Source of the DNA: Balanoglossus misakiensis
Taxonomy: Eukaryota; Animalia; Hemichordata
Length of the DNA: 64,000 bases
Assembly: GCA_040954595.2 (NCBI GenBank)
Contig: CM082584.2
Location: forward strand, 2,325,344-2,389,343
Direction of reading: 5' to 3'
Under the pieces are notes generated by a model. That model saw only the letters and a program-made list of their open reading frames with translations. It had not been told where the DNA came from and did no database searches. Position 1 is the stretch's first letter. Every line of letters starts with the position of its first letter. The position numbers and the translations under genes were made by a program. Of this stretch, positions 1 to 14,600 are shown piece after piece.

Positions 1-3000
1 TGATGCGTCATAAAGCTTGCTACGCCATTTACCCTGATGCAAAGAATCAGATTCAATGTCATCGTTGCATTAGCAATGTCAAAGTACAGTGCTTTTGGAC
101 ACGTATTAACCCACAGATTTTTCAACAACCTGAAATCCCCATATGCATTTAATACCCATGACAAAGTGAAGTGTTTGCATCACTATCTACCCTGATGCAT
201 CATAAAGCTTGCTACGCCATTTACCCTGATGCAAAGAATCAGATTCAATGTCATCGTTGCATTAGCAATGTCAAAGTACAGTGCTTTTGGACACGTATTA
301 ACCCAGGGATTTATCATCAACTTGAAATCGCCATATGCATTTAATACCAATGTCAAAGTGAAGTGATTGCATCACTATCTACCCTGATGCATCATCAACC
401 TTGCTTCGCCATTTGCCCTGATGCAAAGAATCAGATTCAATGTCATCGTTCCATTAGCAATGTCAAATTAGAGTGCTTTTGGCCACGTATTAACCTATGG
501 ATTTACATTTAACATTAAATACCCATGTGAAAGTGCAGAGTTTGCATCACCATCTACTCTGATGCATCATTGAGCTTGCTTCGCCATTTGCCTTAATGCA
601 AAGAATCCCATTCAATGTCACCATTGCATATGCAATGTCAAAGTACAGTGCTTTCAGCCACGTATTAACCCAGGGATTTACAGACAACTTTAAATCCCCC
701 TGTAGGCATTTTATACCCATGTCAAAGTGCAGAGCTTGCATCACTATCTACCCTGATGCATCATCAACCTTGCTTCGCCATTTACCCTGATGCAAAGAAT
801 CAGATTCAATGTCATCGCTGCATTAGCAATGTCAAAGTACAGTGTTTTTGGACACGTATTAACCCAGGGATTTACAGACAACTTTAAATCCCCCTGTAGG
901 CATTTTATACCCATGTCAATGTGAAGTGTTTGCATCACTATCTACCCTGATGCGTCATAAAGCTTGCTACGCCATTTACCCTGATGCAAAGAATCAGATT
1001 CAATGTCATCGTTGCATTAGCAATGTCAAAGTACAGTGCTTTTGGACACGTATTAACCCAGGGATTTATCATCAACTTGAAATCGCCATATGCATTTAAT
1101 ACCAATGTCAAAGTGAAGTGATTGCATCACTATCTACCCTGATGCATCATCAACCTTGCTTCGCCATTTGCCCTGATGCAAAGAATCAGATTCAATGTAA
1201 TCGTTCCATTAGCATTGTCAAATTAGAGTGCTTTTGGCCACGTATTAACCTATGGATTTACATTTAACATTAAATACCCATGTGAAAGTGCAGAGTTTGC
1301 ATCACCATCTACTCTGATGCATCATTGAGCTTGCTTCGCCATTTGCCCTAATGCAAAGAATCGCATTCAATGTCACCATTGCATATGCAATGTCAAAGTA
1401 CAGTGCTATCCGCCACGTATTAACCCAGGGATTTACAGACAACTTTAAATCCCCCTGTAGGCATTTTATACCCATGTCAAAGTGCATAGCTTGCATCACT
1501 ATCTACCCTGATGCATCATCAACCTTGCTTCGCCATTTACCCTGATGCAAAGAATCAGATTCAATGTCATCGTTGCATTAGCAATGTCAAAGTACAGTGC
1601 TTTTGCACACGTATTAACCCAGGGATTTACAGACAACTTTAAATTCCCCTGTAGGCATTTTATACCCATGTCAAAGTGAAGTGTTTGTATCACTATCTAC
1701 CCTGATGCATCATAAAGCTTGCTACGCCATTTACCCTGATGCAAAGAATCAGATTCAATGTCATCATTGCATTAGCAATATCAAAGTACAGTGCTTTTCG
1801 ACACGTATTAACCCACAGATTTTTCAACAACCTGAAATCCCCATATGCATTTAATACCCATGTCAAAGTGAAGTGTTTGCATCACTATCTACCCTGATGC
1901 ATCATAAAGCTTGCTACGCCATTTACCCTGATGCAAAGAATCAGATTCAATGTCATCGTTACATTAGCAATGTCAAAGTACAGTGCTTTTGGACACGTAT
2001 TAACCCAGGGATTTTTCATCAACTTGAAATCCCCATATGCATTTAATACCCATGTCAAAGTGAAGTGATTGCATCACTATCTACCCTGATGCATCATCAA
2101 CCTTGCTTCGCCATTTGCCCTGATGCAAAGAATCAGATTCAATGTCATCGTTGCATTAGCAATGTCAAATTAGAGTGCTTTTGGCCAGGTATTAACCTAT
2201 GGATTTACATTTAACATTAAATACCCATGTGAAAGTGCAGAGTTTGCATCACCATCTACTCTGATGCATCATTGAGTTTGCTTCGCCATTTGCCCTAATG
2301 CAAAGAATCACATTCAATGTCACCATTGCATATGCAATATCGAAGTACAGTGCTTTCAGCCACGTATTAACCCACAGATTTATCAACAACCTGAAATCAG
2401 ATTCAATGTCATCGTTGCATTAGCAATAGTATTAACCCACAGATTTTTCAACAACATGAAATCCCCATATGCATTTAATACCCATGTCAAAGTGAAGTGT
2501 TTGCATCACTATCTACCCTGATGCATCATAAAGCTTGCTACGCCATATACCCTGATGCAAAGAATCAGATTCAATGTCATCGTTGCATTAGCAATGTCAA
2601 AGTACAGTGCTTTTGGACACGTATTAACCCAGGGATTTATCATCAACTTGAAATCCCCATATGCATTTAATACCAATGTCAAAGTGAAGTGATTGCATCA
2701 CTATCTACCCTGATGCATCATCAACCTTGCTTCGCCATTTGCCCTGATGCAGAGAATCAGATTCAATGTCATCGTTTCATTAGCAATGTCAAATTAGAGT
2801 GCTTTTGGCCACGTATTAACCTATGGATTTACATTTAACATTAAATACCCATGTGAAAGTGCAGAGTTTGCATCACCATCTACTCTGATGCATCATTGAG
2901 CTTGCTTCGCCATTTGCCCTAATGCAAAGAATCCCATTCAATGTCACCATTGCATATGCAATGTCAAAGTACAGTGCTTTCCGCCACGTATTAACCCAGG

Positions 3001-5315
3001 GATTTACAGACAACTTTAAATCCCCCAGTAGGCATTTTATACCCATGTCAAAGTGCAGAGCTTGCATCACTATCTACCCTGATGCATCATAAAGCTTGCT
3101 ACGCCATATACCCTGATGCAAAGAATCAGATTCAATGTCATCGTTGCATTAGCAATGTCAAAGTACAGTGCTTTTGGACACGTATTAACCCAGGGATTTA
3201 TCATCAACTTGAAATCCCCATATGCATTTAATACCAATGTCAAAGTGAAGTGATTGCATCACTATCTACCCTGATGCATCATCAACCTTGCTTCGCCATT
3301 TGCCCTGATGCAGAGAATCAGATTCAATGTCATCGTTTCATTAGCAATGTCAAATTAGAGTGCTTTTGGCCACGTATTAACCTATGGATTTACATTTAAC
3401 ATTAAATACCCATGTGAAAGTGCAGAGTTTGCATCACCATCTACTCTGATGCATCATTGAGCTTGCTTCGCCATTTGCCCTAATGCAAAGAATCCCATTC
3501 AATGTCACCATTGCATATGCAATGTCAAAGTACAGTGCTTTCCGCCACGTATTAACCCAGGGATTTACAGACAACTTTAAATCCCCCTGTAGGCATTTTA
3601 TACCCATGTTAAAGTGCAGAGCTTGCATCACTATCTACCCTGATGCATCATCAACCTTGCTTCGCCATTTACCCTGATGCAAAGAATCAGATTCAATGTC
3701 ATCGCTGCATTAGCAATGTCAAAGTACAGTGTTTTTGGACACGTATTAACCCAGGGATTTACAGACAACTTTAAATCCCCCTGTAGGCATTTTATACCCA
3801 TGTCAAAGTGAAGTGTTTGCATCAGTATCTACCCTGATGCATCATAAAGCTTGCTACGCCATTTACCCTGATGCAAAGAATCAGATTCAATGTCATCATT
3901 GCATTAGCAATGTCAAAGTACAGTGCTTTTCGACACGTATTAACCCACAGATTTTTCAACAACCTGAAATCCCCATATGCATTTAATACCCATGTCAAAG
4001 TGAAGTGTTTGCATTACTATCTACCCTGATGCATCATAAAGCTCGCTACGCCATTTACCCTGATGCAAACAATCAGATTCAATGTCATCGTTGCATTAGC
4101 AATGTCAAAGTACAGTGCTTTTGGACACGTATTAACCCACAGATTTTTCAACAACCTGAAATCCCCATATGCATTTAATACCCATGTCAAAGTGAAGTGT
4201 TTGCATTACTATCTACCCTGATGCATCATAAAGCTTGCTACGCCATTTACCCTGATGCAAAGAATTATATTCAATGTCATCGTTGCATTAGCAATGTCAA
4301 AGTACAGTGCTTTTGGACACGTATTAACCCACAGATTTTTCAACAACCTGAAATCCCCATATGCATTTAATACCCATGTCAAAGTGAAGTGTTTGCATTA
4401 CTATCTACCCTGATGCATCATAAAGCTTGCTACGCCATTTGCCCTAATGCAAAGAATCCCATTCAATGTCACCATTGCATATGCAATGTCAAAGTACAGT
4501 GCTTTCCGCCACGTATTAACCCAGGGATTTACAGACAACTTTAAATCCCCCTGTAAGCATTTTATACCCATGTCAAAGTGCAGAGCTTGCATCACTATCT
4601 ACCCTGATGCATCATCAACCTTGCTTCGCCATTTGCCCTGATGCAAAGAATCAGATTCAATGTCATCGTTGCATTAGCAATGTCAAATTAGAGTGCTTTT
4701 GGCCACGTATTAACCTATGGATTTACATTTAACATTAAATACCCATGTGAAAGTGCAGAGTTTGCATCACCATCTACTCTGATGCATCATTGAGCTTGCT
4801 TCGCCATTTACCCTGATGCAAAGAATCTGATTCAATGTCATCGTTGCATTAGCAATGTCAAAGTACAGTGCTTTTGGACACGTATTAACCCAGGGATTTA
4901 TCATCAACTTGAAATCCCCATATGCATTTAATACCCATGTCAAAGTGAAGTGATTGCATCACTATCTACCCTGATGCATCATCAACCTTGCTTCGCCATT
5001 TGCCCTGATGCAAAGAATCAGATTCAATGTCATCGTTCCATTAACAATGTCAAAATAGAGTGCTTTTGGCCACGTATTAACCTATGGATTTACATTTAAC
5101 ATTAAATACCCATGTGAAAGTGCAGAGCTTGCATCACCATCTACTCTGATGCATCATTGAGCTTGCTTCGCCATTTGCCCTAATGCAAATAATCCCATTC
5201 AATGTCATCGTTGCATTAGCAATGTCAAAGTACAGTGCTTTCCGCCACGTATTAACCCAGGGATTTACTGACAACTTTAAATCCCCCTATACACATTTTA
5301 TACCCATGTCAAAGT
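1..5315. repeat. Tandem satellite with 192/194/175-bp monomer variants (about 28 monomers) and higher-order repeats; runs off the window start
   Basis: The anchor (c/t)CTGATGC at the monomer start recurs at 1, 193, 385, 560, 754, 948, 1140, 1315, 1509 and 1703, giving spacings of 192, 192, 175, 194, 194, 192, 175, 194, 194. The repeated short ORFs at 547 and 1302 are 755 bp apart (192+175+194+194). Confidence 0.97.
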
Positions 5316-5358
5316 GCCAGGGTTCGAACCCATGATCCTCTAACCACTGGACTATGAC
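5316..5358 (-). other. Truncated tRNA-like / SINE-head fragment with Pol III A and B boxes
   Basis: Minus strand reads GTCATAGTCCAGTGGTTAGAGGATCATGGGTTCGAACCCTGGC, with A-box-like TAGTCCAGTGG and B-box GGTTCGAACCC. The anticodon arm is missing. Confidence 0.5.
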
Positions 5359-6559
5359 TATGTGACAGAATGACCTTTCTGTATGGTGCCTTGTTTAGCT
5401 CCTAGTCAGATTTCAAGAAAATGTGGAAAAGTGCAAATTAGTCTCTCTGAATTTCCAACAACTCAGTTTGTCAGCTCCCATATCCCAGTTCTCTGACCAG
5501 TTCCCGTTCTTCTTAGATGTCACAATACTGATCACAAGACATGCAGTTGTACACTTTGCGGAAAACATTATGAATATATGCAGATAAGAAAAGACTTTCT
5601 TGTGGGCAATTTAAACACAACATTTTGAGTAAAGTGGGTAAAATAGGATTAAAGTTGGTTTATAAAGGCATATCGAAAAGAATCTACTTCAATTTGTTCA
5701 TTTCTGAAATTTGAGAATATGAATATGCATGTTTTATTTGCCATATATGAACACCAATGAAAAGTTATGTTTCCAGCTTAGGTATTGGTGGATTTGAACC
5801 ACCTGACATCAGAAGACGCCTCCAGAATACCTCTAATTTGGTTGCATAATTTTCATGTGAATGTTCATAATATAGCGATTGATTAATCCCTAATTTTTAA
5901 TTTTTATTTTTTTTTTTGGGGGGGGGGGGCTGGAGGGGGGTGGAGGTTCAAGTAGTAAATCTTGCAGGCCAATTTGAAACAATGTGTCATGTAGTTAACC
6001 TGAAAGAAATTAACACAAATAGTTTCTGCTCTTTTTGAAACAAGGTGTCATGTGGTTGAACTGTGACAATGGGCCAGTCAAAATAGCATCTGCAAATTAT
6101 GCACACAATAGAGTGATGGGTTAGTGGGTTAAGTTTACTTTTACCTTAGCATTATATAACACACTATCGTGTACATAATCTCGCAGAGCTCTATCATAAT
6201 TGTTTTCAAATAAAGCAAGATAACTACTTGTATGATTACATATCTAATTTACGCGCCTAAAGGGCAGTTAAAAACCTCAGACCAGTTACAAAAGAGGAAA
6301 AAAAACTGTCCTCTCCTCCTCTCACCCCATGATCTAAGCTAAATTTGGAATTTGGATGGGGTGGGGAGGTTTAGCTAACCTAACATGTTCTGCCTGTCTG
6401 TCGCGTACAATGTGTCCATGCGCGAATACGATCACGGGTACCGTTGCGAGAAATTCCACCGAATAACGATGCTGACGAGTATTATCTATCTGAGAAATAA
6501 TAGCATGTTATTCATAAAACATACACATTAACCAATTAATGAACCAACATGATTATTAG

Positions 6560-7090
6560 ACCCTGGACACTTATTTAATGTTATATCATTATTATACCTC
6601 TGTCATCATCATCAATATTAACACCCTTGTATACTTAATATCACCATAAGCCATCACCGCAATTAGTAATCGTTATTATACCCTTCCATGATTGTTACCT
6701 TTATTAAACCCGACACAGTTATCACCATTTATTATACCCTTCTCATTCCTATACCCATTATAACCTGTGTACACAAGTCATCATCATATTATAAACCCAT
6801 TATTATACCTTTTATACCAGTCACATTTGTTACCCTATTATCATTCCCTTCATCCAAAAAACCACTGTTACCCCTGTATAACCTGTGTACACTCAAATTT
6901 TACCATAAGCCATCATCACATTTGTAACCCTTTTATTAAACCATTCATATTTGTTCGCCTTTATTATACCATACACATTTATGAACCTATTATCATACCC
7001 TGCACAAAGCCATTGCTGTTAACCTCATTTTAGCATAAGTAATCACTACCAATTATTAACCTGATTTATTGGACTATTAAGTTTTATATT
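6560..7090. repeat. Degenerate low-complexity repeat rich in ATTATACC/ATTATAACC
   Basis: Recurrent attatacc, tataacc and catcatca words with a strong C-over-G skew. Confidence 0.55.
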
Positions 7091-7160
7091 ACGATCACTT
7101 CGTTTTGTACTCCTATATAACTCTACCTCATAATTTCGGTCAATAGGTTTATTATGTTGA

Positions 7161-7770
7161 AACTCCACTTCTCCATCCTTCCACATCTCCATCCTTTAAG
7201 TTGACGCTCCACGGCACCATCCATCCACCAAAGTTTATATTTCAGCAGGTTGACTATGGTTGACGCCCCGCACCATCCATCCATCAAAGTTTAATATTAG
7301 TAGGTTGACTATGATTGACACTCCGCTCCATCCATCCATCCATCAAATTTTACGTTAGTAGGTTGATTATGGTGTTACCAGTGAGCCCTACAGGAAAAAA
7401 AAAGAGAAAAAAGAGAAAAAAAAACTCTTCTTCTCCATCCTTCCACTTCTCCATCGTTTAAGTTGACGCTCCATGGCACTATCCATCCATCAAAGTTTAT
7501 ATTTCAGCAGGTTGACTATGGTTGACGCTCCGCCCCATCCATCCATCAAAGTTTATATTTAGTAGGTTGACTATGGTTGACGCTCCGTTCCATCCATCCA
7601 TCAAAGTTTAATATTAGTAGGTTGACTATGGTTGACGCTCTGCTCCATCCATCCATCAAAGTTTATATTAGTAGGTTGACTATGGTTGACACTCCGCTCC
7701 ACCCATCCATCAAATTTTACGTTAGTAGGTTGATTATGGTGTTACCATTGGGGCCTACAGGGAAAAAAAG
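7161..7770. repeat. Two blocks of ~60-bp minisatellite (CCATCCATCCATCAAAGTTT...AGTAGGTTGACTATGGTTGAC)
   Basis: Blocks begin near 7161 and 7423 with the same leader (cttctccatccttccac) and end in cctacagg plus an A-rich run; about 3 and 5 units. Confidence 0.85.
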
Positions 7771-7885
7771 AAGAGAAGAGAGAAAAAAGAAAGAAAGAAA
7801 GGAAGAGAGAGAGAAGAAGAAGAGTACCGGTGGGACCTACAGAAGAAAAAAGAATGAAAGAATTAAATACATGAAATCAATGATA

Positions 7886-10800
7886 ATTAAAGCTGCAAGC
7901 AGCGTTGGTGGGGCACAAACGGTTCCCATGGTAACCAGCGAATCCCAAAGCTGTATCTGCTGTGGATACCAAGATATGGGAAAGTAGGTCAAAGGTCACC
8001 TGAGTTCACCCAAATTTGGGCGAAACATTTTGACACCATACTTGTCCATGACCAACAAAAACCAAACCTCTAGCCCTATTGGTTAGCCTGGAATTAGATA
8101 TGTGCATAATTAATGAGGTAACATAAAAGACCCCAAAAGGTGTTCAATCCCTCCAAAAGCCAAGGCTCTATCCTGTCTGGATGCCGAGATATAGGGAAGA
8201 AGGTCAAAGGTCACCTGAGGTCACCAAAATTTGAGCAAAATTTTGACACCACATATGTCCTTATACAACAAAAACCAAACATCTAGCCCTGTTGGTTAGC
8301 TTGGAATAAGATATGCACATAATTAATGAGGTATTGTGTAAGACTCTATTAGGTGGTCAATCCCCCCATAGCCAGGGCTGTAACTGCTCTGGAAGCTGAG
8401 ATATGGGAAAGTAGGTCAAAGGTCACCCAAAATTTGGGCATAAAAGTTTGACCCCATAGTGGGCCATGTCCAACAAAAACCAGACCTGGAGCCCTATTGG
8501 TTAGCCTGGATTTAGATATGCAGAAAAATGATGTTTCAGAAATAGGTCAAAGGTCATTGCCAAAATATTTGTGTCATGTCCTGACAGCATTGGTACCCAT
8601 GTCCACAAAATTCATGACTGTAGTGCTTTTACAAGAGGAGGTATGGGGAATATGCATATATAATTAGTTGGTTTAAAACTGGGTCAAAGGTCATGTGAAA
8701 ATTGCCCCCCAAAATTGTGACAAGTTCCGGTCATATGATGACTTATATCCACAAAAATAATTTCCTTGGTGTCAACATTTTGGCTATAGAACGGAATTTA
8801 CATTTTTCAATGGTTTTCAGGAAATCCAATATGGCCGCCATAATGATCGACCAATCACAGTGCACTTCGCAAACTTGAAAGACATAGGTTAGGTGACTGC
8901 ATACCCCGAATCCCATAACTCGGCGATCACTGCTTCTGGAGAAGAAGATTTTAAAAGTTTTAAGTAGTTTTTCAGAAAAAAAATTGTAGCAAAAAAACTT
9001 TATATTTGACATCATGATTTCAATGGGGTAAAATGATGGACAGAAGGTAGGCTACCTGCACACAAAATTTGAACTCGATTGGCCCAGTAGTTTTTGAGAA
9101 GGAGTCATTTAACGGTTTTCGGAAAATCTAATATGGCCGCCAGGTCACGTGACTAATTAAATATTCACGGCCACTCTAGGTCTACTCATTGGCCCCTATC
9201 ACCCTACCAAGTTTCAGCCCTGTAGGTGCTGCGGTTTTCCAGATCTACCTCGCCTGGCTTGTGCCCCTTATGATAGCATTAATGTTGCAAGCCAGCCCAA
9301 CCCAACAAACTGAGGGTCAAGGGGTACATATGGTCAATTAATAAAAAAAAATAAGGTGCGACCAACATTGGCTAGGTCTAAGCAGTTCCTATGGATACCA
9401 GAGAGTGCCAATGCTATATCTGCTATGTTTATAGGAAAGTTGATCAAAGGTCACCAAGAGCGCACCCAAAATTGTCAACAAATTTTTCTTCCAAAATGAT
9501 CAGTGTAAAATGAAAAACAAGACTTCTGGCTCTATTAGTTAACCTGGTTATTAGGTGTTCCAGCCTTCAAAATTGTAAGACGTTATCTGCTGTGCATGCC
9601 AAGGCATGGAAAAATAGGTCCATCAAAAATGTCCAAAACCAAAGCCATCAAAAATGTCAGAAAAAATTTTGATTGCATAGTGGTCTATGTTCAAGGAAAC
9701 CCAGACTCAAAGCTTCATTGTCTAGTCTACAATTACGTAAGCACATATTTATAAGATTATCATTGGTCAAGAAATTCAGCAAAAAAATTAAGTCCAAAAG
9801 TAGAGCATGTTCATAAAAAATTCAACCTGTAACAATATGGGTAAGCTCAGCATTAGATATGCACATATTTAATAAGGTCAACATTGGTCCAGTGGATTCC
9901 AAATGTAACAAAAATACCTAAGTCCCATACTTGTCCATATACATCAAAAACCAAACCTCTAGTGCTACTAGTCTTGCCGCAATAAGATATTCAGAAAAGA
10001 ATACAGGTGCCAAATGTAGAACGAAGTTCAATGCCAAAATATGTCCTGGCAGCAGTAATGTGACAAAAATCATCACTGTTGTGCTTTTCAACAAGAGGCA
10101 CATCCACGAATAATTAAGTTCTGAAAAAAACTAGATCAAAATACATGCGAAAATTGCCAAAAAAAATGCAATGTATTCTGGTCATATGAAGACTCGTATC
10201 TATAAAAAGAATTGGTGCGCAATTAATGAGTAACCCAGAAAAAGGAAATTTTAGTTTTTAATCAGAATTCATAAAATCCAATTTGGCTTCAATAAGCTTT
10301 AATTAAGTTCTGAAAGATCTGGATCAAAGAACAAATGAAAGTTGCCAAAAATTTGTATTATTAGGTGTTGAAAAAGGTTGGATCAAAGGACATGTGAAAG
10401 TTGCCAAAAAATTGTAACATATTCTAGTCGTATGGTGACTCATATCCATTAAAGGAATTTGTATGCAATCAATGCATAGGCTAAAAATAGGAAAATTTAG
10501 TTCTTAATCGGAGTTTAGAAAATCTAATTTGGCTCCAATGAGATTTAACCAATCAAAATTCACTTGAAAACTTGATTAGATAAAAAAATGACAATTATAA
10601 TGAGATTTTCAAAAATCCAATAAGGCATCAAAAGTCACATGACCACTAATGATATTATTGTCAAACTTTGAACCGGACAGTCAATTAGTAATTGATTTGC
10701 CCTGCAGTTTTGAAAAAATATGTCAACTTGTAGAAATTATCAGAAAATCCAATATGGCCGTCATGAAGAAGACAATTAAACTTACAAGCAGCATTGCAGG

Positions 10801-13800
10801 GGCTAAACTGGTTAGCATGGTTTCAAAAGAAAGCAAAGGCTGTATCTGTTGTGGATGCCAAGAAATGGTAAAGTACTTCATTAGGTGTTCCAGTCCTCTA
10901 AATTTGAAACATGCATCTGCTGTGCATGCCAGGTTATGGGAACGTAGATCAAAGGTCATTGCCAAAATTATCAAAAAATAAGGTTATGTTCCGGCAGCAG
11001 CAGTACTCATGTAAACAAAATCATGACTGTTGTGCTTTTTAACAAGAATCGTATCCACATACAATTAAGTTCAGAAAACACTGGATCAAAGGACATGTGT
11101 AGTTGTCAAAATTTTGTATAATCAAGTTCTGAGAAAACTGGATCAAAAACATGTATTCTGGTCATATGGCGACTCGTATCCATACAAAAGTTTTATCCAA
11201 TAAGGTTGAACCAATCACAATTCACTTGAAAACTTAAGTAGAAAAAGATTTTTGACATTTTTAATGAGATTTTTCAAAAATCCATAATAAATCCAAAGTC
11301 ACATGACCACTAACATTATTATTGAAAAAATTGGAACCGCACAGTAAATTAGAACTTTATTGGCCTTGTAATTTTTGAAAAGAGTCAACTTTTAAAGGTT
11401 ATCAGAAAATCCAATATGGCTGCCATGACGAAGACAAAGCTAAAAGCAGCATTGGAGGGACGAATGTGGTTAGCATGGTTCCAACAGAAAGCAAAGGCTG
11501 TATCTGTAGCAGATGCCGAGAAATGGTAAAGTAAGCAAGAGGTCATGCAAAATTGTGCTAACAAAATTTGATATCAAACTGATCAGTGTCCAACAAAATC
11601 CAGACTTCTAAGCTATATTGGTTAACTTGAAATTGCTTATATGGGTCCAATTAGTTTTAACCAATCACAATTTACTTGAAAACTTGATTAGAAATAGATT
11701 TTTGATTTGTTTTATGATATTTTTCAAAAATCCAATTATGCATCCAAAGCCACATGACCACTACTGATACTATTATTGTCAAACATTGAACCGCACAGTA
11801 AATTAGAACTTGATTGGCCCTGTATTTTTTGAAAAAAAATGTCAAGTTTTAAAGGTTATCCGAAAATCCAATATGGCCACCATGAAGAAGACAATTAATA
11901 CTAAAAGCAGCATTGGAGGGACCAAAGCGGTTAGCATGGTTCGAACAGAAAGCAAAGGCTGTATCTGTTATGGATGCTGAGAAATGGTAAGTAAGCGAGA
12001 GGTCACGCAAATTTGGGCCAACAAATTTCGATATCAAACTGAGCTGTGTCCAACAGAAAACAGACTTCTCAGCTCTATTGGTTAACTTGAAATTGCTTAT
12101 GTACATAATTATTGTGTTAAAGTTTAATACTTCATTAGGTGTTTCAGTCCTCTAAATATTTTGTTTATTTCCTGGCAGCAGAAAGCAAAGGCTGCATCTG
12201 TTATAGATGCAAAACTCCTGTGAACAAAATCATGACTGGTGTGCTTTTTGACAAGAAGCATATCCACGCACAATTAAGTTCTGGAAAAAATGGATCAAAG
12301 GACATTCGAAAATTGCCCAAAAATTGTAATATAATCTGGTCATGTGGTGACTCATATCTATTAAAAGAATTTGGGTAGGCTAGAAATAGGATTTTTTTTA
12401 AATCGTGTGTTTAGAAAATCCGATTTGGCTTTAATTAGGATAAACCAATCACAATTCACTTGAAAACGTGATTAGGAAAAGATTTGTGAAATTTTTCATG
12501 AGATTTTTCAAAAATCCAATATGGCAACCAAAGTGACATGACCACTAATGATATTATTGTCAAACATTAAACCGCACAGTAAATTAGAACTTGATTTGCC
12601 TTGTAGTTGTTGAAATAATGTAAATTTTTAAGTGTTATCATAATATCCAATATGGCCGCCATTAAGAAGAAATGGGATGGGCCCAAGCAGTTAGCATGGT
12701 TCCAACAGAAAGCAAAGGATGTTTTGTTAAAAAAATCATATGAAAACTCATGTGTTCGAAAGAGCATACAGTGTGGTTTAACCGTGAGCGTCATTGGGCA
12801 AAATTTCTTTTTGGATTTTGGCGCTATATAAACTTTTTTGCTTGATTGATTTGATTTGATTTTGTTGTGGATGCAAAGAAATGGTAAAGTAAGCCAGAGG
12901 TCACGCAAAATTGTGACACAAATTTTTGATCTTAAACTGATCAGTGTCAAACAAAAAACCAGATTTCTAAGCTCTATTGGTTAACTTGAAATAGATTATG
13001 TACAAAATTATTGTGTAAAAGTTTAATACTTTATTGGGTGTTGCAGTCCACCAAATTTGAAGGCTGTATCTGCTGTACATGCCAAGGCATGGGATAGTAG
13101 ATCAAAGGTCATTGCCAAAATTATCAAAAGATTTGGGTTATGTCCTGGCAGCAGTAGTACTCATGTGAACAAAATCATGACTGTTGTGCTTTTTAACAAG
13201 AGGCATATCCACATAAAATAAGTTCTGGAATTACTGGATCAAAGAACATGTGGAAGTAGTCTAATAATTATGATATATTCTGGTCCTATGGTGACTCGTA
13301 TCCATAAAAAGAATTTGTGTGGTTTCAATGAGCACGCTAGAAATAGGAAATTTTAGTCTTTTATCGGAGATCAGAAAATCCAATTTGGCTCCAATAAGGT
13401 TTACCCAATCACATTTTACTTGAAAACTTGATTAGAAATAAATGTTTTGAAACTTTTTTATTCTATTTTTCAAAAATCCAAAGCCACATGACCACTAACG
13501 ATATTATTGTCAAACATTGAACCACACAGTCAATTTGAACTTGATTGGCCCTGTAGTTTTTGAAAAAAATGTCACCTTTTAAAGGTTAACCGAAAATCCA
13601 ATATGGCCGCCATGAACAAGACAATTACAACTAAAAGCAGCATTGGAGGGACCAAAGTGGTTAGCATGGTTCCAACAGAAAGCAAAGGCTGTATCTGTTA
13701 TTGATGCTGAGAAATTGTAAGTAAGCCAGAGGTCACGCAAATTTGGGCCAACAAATTTTGATATCAAACTGAGCTGTGTCCAACAGAAAACAGACTTCTA

Positions 13801-14600
13801 AGCTCTATTGGTTAACTTGAAATAGCTTATGTACATAATTATTGTGTTAAAGTTTAATTCTTCATAAGGTGTTCCAGTCCACCAAATTTGAAGGCTGTAT
13901 CTGCTGTACATGCCAAGGCATGGGATAGTAGATCAAAGGTCATTGCCAAAATTATCTAAAAGATTTGGGTTATGTCCTGGCAGCAGTAGTACTCATGTGA
14001 ACAAAATCATGACAGATGTGCTTTTTAACAAGAGGCATATCCACATAAAATAAGTTCTGGAATTACTGGATCAAAGGACATGCGAGAGTCGCAAACAAGT
14101 TGTTCAATCAAGTTTTGTAAAAATTTGATCAAAGAACATCTGAAAGTAGTCTAATAATTTTGATATATTCTGGTCCTATGGTGACTCATATCCATAAAAA
14201 GAATTTGTATGGTTTCAAGGAGCACGCTAGAAATAGGAAATTTTAGTCTTTTATCGGAGATCAGAAAATCCAATTTGGCTCCAATAAGGTTTACCCAATC
14301 ACAATTTACTTGAAAACTTGATTAGAAATAGATTTTTTGAATTTTTTTTATGATATTTTTCAAAAATCCAAAGCCACATGACCACTAATGATATTATTGT
14401 CAAACATTGAACCGCACAGTCAATAAGAACACCAAATTTGAAGGCTGTATCTGCTGTACATGCCAAGGCATGGGATAGTAGATCAAAGGTCATTGCCAAA
14501 ATTATCAAAAGATTTGGGTTATGTCCTGGCAGCAGTAGTACTCATGTGAACAAAATCATGACTGTTGGGCTTTTTAACAAGATGCATATCTATGTATAAT
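7886..14600 (+). repeat. Dispersed non-coding repeat and a mosaic long-period tandem array derived from it
   Basis: Starts attaaagctgcaagcagcgttgg. Modules aaaatccaatatggccgcc, aaaggtca, gctctattggtta, ctgtatctgctgt and cacatgaccactaatg recur every ~0.5-1 kb in shuffled order. Confidence 0.85.

Noticed and set aside
547-4641. Repeated 63-65 aa ORFs on both strands
   Set aside because: They are translations of satellite monomers with no protein-like features.
7577-7987. 136-aa ORF with a Lys/Glu/Arg-rich tract
   Set aside because: Made of a minisatellite, a purine-rich simple repeat and the start of a non-coding repeat.
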